A DNA stretch of 64,000 bases from positions 9,431-73,430 of the forward strand of contig CAZRDM010000010.1 in the NCBI GenBank assembly GCA_964598845.1, read 5' to 3'. The notes beneath the pieces are model-generated. The model worked only from the letters and a program-made list of their open reading frames with translations, made no database searches and had not been told where the DNA came from. The position numbers were made by a program, and so were the translations under genes. Positions 10,233 to 16,727 of this stretch are shown piece after piece. The DNA is from an uncultured Candidatus Bathyarchaeia archaeon. GTDB lineage: Archaea > Thermoproteota > Bathyarchaeia > 40CM-2-53-6. Each line of letters starts with the position of its first letter. Position 1 is the stretch's first letter.

Positions 10233-12188
10233 CTACAGTGGTGCTGTTTGGACTTGAGTTCTCCGTTTGAGGATAAGCCAAGCTACTGCGAAGCCAACAA
10301 TCAAGCCAACTGCAACTCCGACAGTCACATACATTGCGTAGGCGATACTCGGTTGCACCATTGATCCTCCGGGCACTAACACTAAGCCACTCAGTGCACT
10401 CCTTGCAGTGTTATCGGCTCTAAGAACTGCCCGCAACGCTTCCACATAGTTCATCTGAGAATACTTGGCGTCAACCTCCCTGAGCTGACTCCCTATCAGA
10501 TCCACCACATCATTGCTCGTCCCTCCTTCCTTCAACTGCTCTAGCAGCGATTGGACTTCTACGTATATCTGATTCACATGAGCTCGCCGAATGGCATCTT
10601 TATCCGATTGTCCAAATACGTAGTCCCACGTGTAATAGCCCATTGCTGAGACTGTGAAGTCGCCAATGTCCCCAAACTGGTGTGGATGGGCCAGTCCAAT
10701 CATATGTCCTGCTTCATGGATCACAGTTTGAGTGAAACCGTAACCCTTCTTCGGTTGAACTGGAGATACGTAGTAACCACGCTGGAACTGACGCTGACTC
10801 AATGACACAAGCGCCAGATCTCCCAAGGCCACACCAAGTAGAGAACTGTTCTCCGGGTCTTGATGCTGGATTACCCATTTGTACGTGAAGGTGAAGAGCG
10901 TGTCCTCGCTAAAAGCGAACGCGAATATCGGAACAGTGAACTCGGATCTGTCGCGGTGAAAATTCTGTTCGAAGACTTTGATGTTCTCTTGAAGGTACTT
11001 GTAGACCGGTCGGGCATCTATTATACCATACTGCAAAGGTTCAGCGAAGACCGTGCCGAATGTGTACGAGTCGGTGAACTTGTAGTTTGATCCAATTACT
11101 CCTACCAAGTCAGGATATTTTGACAGGTCTTCAAACTGGACTGAAACCTCGATTTCTGAGTAGGGTAACAGATCTTCGAATGCCGCCTTGATCTTGTTTG
11201 GGTTTATGGTGGACCTTATGTTCACTTCAGCTCTTTCTTGAGCCGTTCGATTATCGAATACGTGTATGTCGAATGTGTACTTCTCGGAGTAGGTGGGAGT
11301 GTATACGTAGAACGGTGTTATCAAATTCCAGGTTGCCTGAAAGATATAGTCGGAAAGATATTCTGTGAACCATGTTCTTCCGAAAGAGGTCTGAAGATCG
11401 ATTCGATTATCCTTCAGGACAATCTGGAGGGGCAGGTCTTCCCAGGGACTCCAGAAGCTAGGTCCTGCGCTCAAATCGTGGAACGAAAATCTGTGGACCC
11501 CGCCCCAGCCGGTCATGAAGTCCCGGAACCTCAGTTGGTAATCGAGATCAGAATCACGGTATTGAACGGAGTAATAGTGACCTGTCCCACTTGGCTGATC
11601 GTTTCTATTCTCACTCAGGAAATCCTTGTAATACTCGAAATCGTAAGATGGAAGTTCGGGCAGGTTAAGAAACATTAAGGTCCATCCGTCCGAGGGAAAA
11701 CCTCCCACATCCTGCTGGTTCTTGTATAACCAATCCTCAACCTGGTTCGCGTCGTAGGCGACGTACTTGAAACTGTAGAAGTTGCCGCTCGATACGTAGC
11801 CTGATGGTTCGGCTACGTAGTAGTAGAACCAAGGATTCGGCCCTTCACGGGATATCTCGATGCTCTCCAGGAACGACACAAGTCTTGCTTTGAACGCGTC
11901 GCTTGCGAAGGCGAAGTTGTAGTCGATGGTGTAAACTACTCCCGTCAGGTACGGTTGCGGGCTTAGGACCTGTTCATAGGTCGTCGTCGGAAGGCTGAAG
12001 TTCCATTTCATGTAGTCGATATTCACGAGTGCAGGATCTATGCCGACGAAAACAACCTTGACAGGTATTGTGACTTCCCGCTTTATCGCAACTTGTGCGT
12101 TAACCGGAGCGATTACGGTTTCACTCGGGCCGAGTCCGAGAATCAAGACGCTCAGAACTAGGAGAGCGGCTAATGGTCTATTCTTCAA
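10233..12188 (-). CDS. Secreted, C-terminally membrane-anchored metzincin-like zinc metallopeptidase
   Basis: Signal peptide (ALLVLSVLILGLG), HEAGHMIGLAHPH (HExxHxxGxxH) encoded at 10686-10718, a downstream SAMGYY possible Met-turn, and a C-terminal TM followed by KRR. GGAGG lies 7 nt upstream of the TTG start. Confidence 0.7.
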   Translation of the reverse strand: MKNRPLAALLVLSVLILGLGPSETVIAPVNAQVAIKREVTIPVKVVFVGIDPALVNIDYMKWNFSLPTTTYEQVLSPQPYLTGVVYTIDYNFAFASDAFKARLVSFLESIEISREGPNPWFYYYVAEPSGYVSSGNFYSFKYVAYDANQVEDWLYKNQQDVGGFPSDGWTLMFLNLPELPSYDFEYYKDFLSENRNDQPSGTGHYYSVQYRDSDLDYQLRFRDFMTGWGGVHRFSFHDLSAGPSFWSPWEDLPLQIVLKDNRIDLQTSFGRTWFTEYLSDYIFQATWNLITPFYVYTPTYSEKYTFDIHVFDNRTAQERAEVNIRSTINPNKIKAAFEDLLPYSEIEVSVQFEDLSKYPDLVGVIGSNYKFTDSYTFGTVFAEPLQYGIIDARPVYKYLQENIKVFEQNFHRDRSEFTVPIFAFAFSEDTLFTFTYKWVIQHQDPENSSLLGVALGDLALVSLSQRQFQRGYYVSPVQPKKGYGFTQTVIHEAGHMIGLAHPHQFGDIGDFTVSAMGYYTWDYVFGQSDKDAIRRAHVNQIYVEVQSLLEQLKEGGTSNDVVDLIGSQLREVDAKYSQMNYVEALRAVLRADNTARSALSGLVLVPGGSMVQPSIAYAMYVTVGVAVGLIVGFAVAWLILKRRTQVQTAPL

Positions 12189-12247
12189 AACGGAACCTCC
12201 GATTGTCAGATTGACTTAGCGTGGGTGTGCCTTGTGGTTTAACAACT

Positions 12248-12808
12248 TTACTCGTATGTTATCAGAACCTTCTCTTCGAGAGTGTCCTGAAGTTTGGTAA
12301 CGGCTCGATGAACTTCAGCTTCCTTTTTCGCGCCTGTGCAGACAAGTTTGCCGCTTGCGAAGAGTAGTATGACCACTTTGGGATCGTCCATTCGATAAAT
12401 CAAGCCTGGAAACTGCTCGGGCTCGTACATGGTGCGCTTCAGTGAGTAAGTTGATTTCTCCAAATCTATGTAACCCCCCAGTCCGGCCGATGCGACAATG
12501 TTCTGGATTTGAATCTCAGGTTTGCCTAGGATCACTATGCCATTTCTCTTGAGCTCATCGACGACCTTCATGACCGCTTTCCGAGCCTGCCGTTCGGATT
12601 TGGCGCCGGTGCAGACCATCTTGCCTGAGCTGAAGATCAGGGTCGCGGTTTTGGGTTTCTTCAAACGGTAGACGAGGCCTGGAAACTGTTCGGGACGGTA
12701 TTCGACGCCAGGGAAGACGCGGACTATCGAATTCAGATCGATATTCTGGTGAAGGGTTGCCGAAGCAACGACATTCTCGATGTTGATGAAAGCTTTCTTG
12801 CCAGGCAG
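12248..12808 (-). CDS. tbp: TATA-box binding protein (two repeats); start codon non-canonical (CTG proposed)
   Basis: The tracked ORF (12248-12664) covers only 1.5 repeats. The upstream in-frame sequence encodes LPGKKAFINIENVVASATLHQNIDLNSIVRVFPGVEYRPEQFPGLVYRLKKPK, which is the conserved first repeat. No ATG/GTG/TTG lies between the in-frame TAA (12809-12811) and 12664. Confidence 0.85.
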   Translation of the reverse strand: MPGKKAFINIENVVASATLHQNIDLNSIVRVFPGVEYRPEQFPGLVYRLKKPKTATLIFSSGKMVCTGAKSERQARKAVMKVVDELKRNGIVILGKPEIQIQNIVASAGLGGYIDLEKSTYSLKRTMYEPEQFPGLIYRMDDPKVVILLFASGKLVCTGAKKEAEVHRAVTKLQDTLEEKVLITYE

Positions 12809-12816
12809 TTATGCCA

Positions 12817-12867
12817 CCTTATATAAGGAAGGTTTGCGGACCCGGTAAACCCCCTCGATATATAAGG
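12817..12867 (-). promoter_or_regulatory. Two CCTTATATA TATA-box-like elements upstream of tbp
   Basis: Proximal perfect palindrome CCTTATATAAGG at 12817-12828. On the minus strand, the distal element GGCCTTATATATC spans about 12857-12869. They are about 40 nt apart. The distal element is at a suitable distance to drive a transcript with a leader of about 25-30 nt. Confidence 0.4.
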
Positions 12868-12951
12868 CCTTTTAAAGCCCGGACTAGTCCTGCTGGCCGA
12901 TGAATTACTGATTCTTGGTTCGCTAGCTTGCGAACGCCCTTCGTGAAATCT

Positions 12952-13515
12952 CTAGTGAGAAAAAGTCGATGGAGAAACCCGTCCTATCCTCTTACGAAGT
13001 GCGGCTGCAGCAACGAGCGCAGCCACTAGGGATGCGATGAGCGGTAGACTGTAACTTGGATACTCCGGAATCGGTGTGATCCAGTCAACAGTAACCAGCG
13101 CACTACCAACATTCCCCACATTATCATAAGCTACCACAACAACCGTGTACGATCCCGGTGTAGCGTAGGCGTGGTATCTGACATCACTCACCCTGCTTTG
13201 GCAGCAGTAAGGCACATCCAGAAAGGCTCCGTCGCCGAACTGCCAAACGAGTTTCGTAATCCAGAGCCCTGGGAATGTTGTCGCTGAAACGCCGAAAGAA
13301 TAGGCCTGTGGTGGTGGATTCGTGAGTTGAATCGAGTCGAAGTAAACGTGCACGACACCCGCGGTCGTCATGGGGTAAATGGAAGTGGTAGTTACGGTGA
13401 AGGATACGCTGGTAGTGACCTGAGATACATTGGCAACTGCAGAAGGACCGAGGCTTGCTAAGCCTAGTGCAGCGGCCAAGACAATGCTGAGACTGACCAA
13501 AGACTGAGAATTCAA
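12952..13515 (-). CDS. Secreted PKD-domain protein with C-terminal IPEYP + TM + basic tail
   Basis: Signal peptide, PKD signature (WQFGDG...YHAYATPGSYTVVVVAYDNVGN), and the C-terminus ITPIPEYPSYSLPLIASLVAALVAAAALRKR. Confidence 0.75.
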   Translation of the reverse strand: MNSQSLVSLSIVLAAALGLASLGPSAVANVSQVTTSVSFTVTTTSIYPMTTAGVVHVYFDSIQLTNPPPQAYSFGVSATTFPGLWITKLVWQFGDGAFLDVPYCCQSRVSDVRYHAYATPGSYTVVVVAYDNVGNVGSALVTVDWITPIPEYPSYSLPLIASLVAALVAAAALRKRIGRVSPSTFSH

Positions 13516-13727
13516 CGTGATTCGCGGATGGTCTTTGAAAGTGTGAAGATAAACCTACCCGCAAAAAGACGCAAATCCATGTTAGTTTCCTGTGTGCCTA
13601 AACCTGCAAGTTAACAGTCCGTTGCGCAGACAACGGGTAAACAGAAACGTTTGCGAGCTGAGGCTATTTGGATTGTTTTCCTAACTCTCGCTATTCCGGA
13701 GCCAAAAGAAAGAAGAATTGGGTCGAG

Positions 13728-16358
13728 TTAGTTGCGGAGCCTTCTGCGTCGTCGTGCCATCGCAAGAGCTCCAAGTCCCATGATAATTCCGGCAACGATT
13801 GATTCCCACGGGAATCCCGGAATCGGTGGAAGCTGGAGCGGCGTCGAAGTCGTGCCTGCTGAGGTTTCAGTGGTTGAAGATTCGGTTGTCGATGATTCAG
13901 TTTCTGTTGAGACGCTTACTGAGGAGGTAGTCTCAACTGAAGTCATCGTACTAGTCTGAGTAGTTGTCGCGGAGGTCGTTGCCGTACCGCTAGGCGTTGT
14001 CTGCGTCGAAGTACCGATCTCGCTCGTGGTTGAGGTGCCTGTAGAAGTCGTTGTCACGACACTTGTTACCGAACTTGTTGTCGTGGTGGGCGTGGACGTT
14101 GTTGGTGTCGTTGTCGTCCCACTAGCCGTGACACCGTCCGGCGGGTCAAGATGCAGAACCAAGGCCAAGCTAGCGGGGTTTCCTGTGATCTGGGTACCCA
14201 CAGCGAGTCCATTCGTACTTGAGCGCAACGCAAGTCCATTCAATGTCCCCAAGTTCGGGATCGACGGGGCTAGCAGTGTAGACCACGAGTTCGTTGCACT
14301 GTCGTAGTGTACAGTGACAGGAAATCCTGTACCGGTGTCGACGCCCACGGCCCATCCGTCAGTTGCTGGCGGTCCTCCCAGTACGAAAATCCCGAACAAG
14401 TCGAGGGGACCAACGTACGGCGCATTGATCGTGATTGGAACCAATGTCCATGAGAATCCGTTCCAGTACAGCATTGTAGTTGCGCCTCCACCGCTCCCAA
14501 CGGCCCATCCGTGGGTGCTATCTTGGAAGAAGACAGATCGCAGAATGACACCAGCGGGTATCCCTGGTGGAAGACCAACTAGGGGCCAAGCGTCAGCTCC
14601 GCCGTTGGTTGTGTGAACGATTACTGGCAGGCCGACACCGTCTCCCCCAACAGCCCATCCGCTCTGTCCTCCACTAGTGGGGTCGAAGAAAACCGAGAAG
14701 AGACCCGGTGTCCCAAGTGTGCTCGGCGCCGTGGAGAAGCTCCCTCCAGTCGTGGTGGAATGCATTATGACCCCAGTTACGAAAGGTGGCCCTGGAGTCG
14801 TTCCAACAGCCCAGCTATTTGAGTCACTAATCATATAGACGGACCGCAATGCACAACCACAGGCAGGAACCGTTCTTCCTGTCCAAGTGTTCCCATCGAA
14901 ATAGAGCGTGGAAGCCGTCGCAAATCCTGGAGATACTCCTCCGACTGCCCATGCGCTAGAAGAACCTGTCATGTAAACGCCAAAGAGGGCCGCCGGTGAT
15001 GCTAGCGGCAACACAGCTGGGGCCCTTGTCCAACTGAAGGTACCTCCATTCCATCTGATTATCGTCGGATTACCCGCAGCATCGGGATCTCCCACAGCGA
15101 AACCGTCCGAGTCACTTACCATGAAAACAGAATTCAGATTGGGGCGTTGAGGCGATGTAGTCGTGCTGAAGATTGCTCCAGACACCGAGCCGCAATTGGA
15201 TAGGCAGAATGCCGCAACACCGGAGGCTCCCACCGCCCAAATATTCCCGCCCGAAGGCGCGAAGACGACGGCATTCAGGCCTATGGGCGCGGCGACCGCG
15301 ATCTGGTTGACTGGAATTCGGGTCCACGTTGGTGCTGAATCAAGCGATGTCCCGTGGACAACCGTCGGCCCACCAGCGTCGGAATCGCCTACGGCCCAAG
15401 CTTCGGAAGCACTGACCATCACTATCGATCTGAGATTCGCTGTACAGGTCGCCGGGCTTACCGCTCCCACCCAGGTATTACCGTCAGTAGTGCGTATGAT
15501 CGTACATGAGTCACCAACTGCCCAGCCGTTTGTTGGAGAGGACATCGCAACACCGTTGAGGTTGTTTGCCGTCGGACTTGCTCTCGGTGTCCAAACGCCA
15601 GCCACAAAGCGGAATATCGTGCCACCGTTTCCGACCGCGATCCCGTCATCCGCAGCGCAAGGCGAACCGGTACAATGGGTCATGTATAACGAGTTTACTG
15701 GATTCGCAACTACTGGTCCACAACCTGCAACCGTACATCTCGACCATGCTCCGCCTGCTCCTGGCACCCCGTTCCAAACCCAGAAAACTCCGTCCGCTCC
15801 ACTTTCAGTGCCAACAGCATACGCGTGTATGAAGTTACCCGGTGGACCGCTCTGTACCAAGAATACGCCTCGAACTTCGGTAGTTGCTGGCGTTGGTGAA
15901 GGTATGGGATATTCGACCCAGTTGACTCCGTTAAAGAAGAAACTCACTCCTTTTCCTGGCGCGCACGCTCCTCCCGGGCCAACGCCTCCAACAATCCAGC
16001 CAGCACTACTCGTGATGGAGGTCAGTGGGTTCAGAGGTCCGCCAAAATTGACGGAATCCAGCTGGCAGTTGTTCGGTGGAATGGCTGCTTGGTTCCAAGA
16101 GAACCCGTCCCATTGAAATGCGAACCCGTTGTCGCCAACCATCCATCCGACGCCGCTTCCCTTTCCACTCGTTCCACCGTTGATCATGTAGACGCCGTGC
16201 ATGTTTGAGGCTGGGTTGGGGGTGTATTCCGTTGGACTAATCAACCTCCATAGTCCGATTGGCGGAGCTCTCGCTGGGACCAAAAGCGACAGCAAGACCA
16301 TGGTAGAGAGGAGCAGCGATAGCGTAATGCGGATCTTTCGTTGCTTCAAAGGAGACAA
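13728..16358 (-). CDS. Secreted surface protein: 14 Ycf48/BNR-like beta-propeller blades, Thr-rich linker, PGF-CTERM-like anchor
   Basis: Signal peptide ending PARA. I counted 14 repeats with the core LxSV[FY]MxSxxxGWAVG...W. It also has a long T/S-rich tract and the C-terminus PPIPGFPWESIVAGIIMGLGALAMARRRRR. Confidence 0.8.
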   Translation of the reverse strand: MSPLKQRKIRITLSLLLSTMVLLSLLVPARAPPIGLWRLISPTEYTPNPASNMHGVYMINGGTSGKGSGVGWMVGDNGFAFQWDGFSWNQAAIPPNNCQLDSVNFGGPLNPLTSITSSAGWIVGGVGPGGACAPGKGVSFFFNGVNWVEYPIPSPTPATTEVRGVFLVQSGPPGNFIHAYAVGTESGADGVFWVWNGVPGAGGAWSRCTVAGCGPVVANPVNSLYMTHCTGSPCAADDGIAVGNGGTIFRFVAGVWTPRASPTANNLNGVAMSSPTNGWAVGDSCTIIRTTDGNTWVGAVSPATCTANLRSIVMVSASEAWAVGDSDAGGPTVVHGTSLDSAPTWTRIPVNQIAVAAPIGLNAVVFAPSGGNIWAVGASGVAAFCLSNCGSVSGAIFSTTTSPQRPNLNSVFMVSDSDGFAVGDPDAAGNPTIIRWNGGTFSWTRAPAVLPLASPAALFGVYMTGSSSAWAVGGVSPGFATASTLYFDGNTWTGRTVPACGCALRSVYMISDSNSWAVGTTPGPPFVTGVIMHSTTTGGSFSTAPSTLGTPGLFSVFFDPTSGGQSGWAVGGDGVGLPVIVHTTNGGADAWPLVGLPPGIPAGVILRSVFFQDSTHGWAVGSGGGATTMLYWNGFSWTLVPITINAPYVGPLDLFGIFVLGGPPATDGWAVGVDTGTGFPVTVHYDSATNSWSTLLAPSIPNLGTLNGLALRSSTNGLAVGTQITGNPASLALVLHLDPPDGVTASGTTTTPTTSTPTTTTSSVTSVVTTTSTGTSTTSEIGTSTQTTPSGTATTSATTTQTSTMTSVETTSSVSVSTETESSTTESSTTETSAGTTSTPLQLPPIPGFPWESIVAGIIMGLGALAMARRRRRLRN

Positions 16359-16478
16359 ACTACTTCACCCGCTCACGTCCGAGCATATAAGCGTTGTCTC
16401 GTGCCACACATCTACAATTCAATTTGAGGCCTGAAAGGATTCCAGTTCTAGCAGAGGACTCTAACACATTCCAGTCTC

Positions 16479-16682
16479 TCACTTGCGCTCAAACTCCTTG
16501 AGATACTTCCTCACGGCTTCACGTATTACATACGAGCGAGAAGGCACCTTATCCTCGTCGACTAGCTCATCGATCCTGTCAAGTAGCTGCACCGGTAGGG
16601 TGGCCGTGATATTGGCCATCCGCCTCGATTTACGTCCTGGCATTATACTCACGCCCTCCGTTACCAGAGAGGTTTCGGCCAA
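16479..16682 (-). CDS. Ribbon-helix-helix (CopG/NikR-type) DNA-binding protein
   Basis: ANITATLPVQLLDRIDELVDEDKVPSRSYVIREAVRKYLKE fits a beta-strand/helix/helix RHH layout. The start may be an internal Met. Confidence 0.7.
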   Translation of the reverse strand: MAETSLVTEGVSIMPGRKSRRMANITATLPVQLLDRIDELVDEDKVPSRSYVIREAVRKYLKEFERK

Positions 16683-16727
16683 ACCTGATTCCTCGCAAGA
16701 AGTGAGCCGGGAGCAATAGGGTAGCTC

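Noticed and set aside
12809-12816. The idea that the TBP start is the GTG two codons upstream, with the TAA read through.
   Set aside because: That GTG has no SD, and the TAA would need recoding or an error. The SD + CTG explanation is simpler and is paralleled by the AMP phosphorylase gene. I keep it as an alternative in the finding.
13960-14110. Repetitive gttgtcgt/ggtggt-type DNA (also at 16850-16990) that could be mistaken for a tandem repeat or array.
   Set aside because: On the minus strand it encodes the Thr/Ser-rich linkers of the two surface proteins. There is no spacer-repeat periodicity.
15163-16116. A 317-aa ORF on the plus strand, antisense to the 876-aa propeller gene.
   Set aside because: It has low-complexity Pro/Thr/Ala-rich composition and no motifs. 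It lies entirely inside a gene with strong repeat and signal-peptide evidence. I read it as an artefact of Gly/Trp/Ala-rich codon usage removing antisense stop codons.
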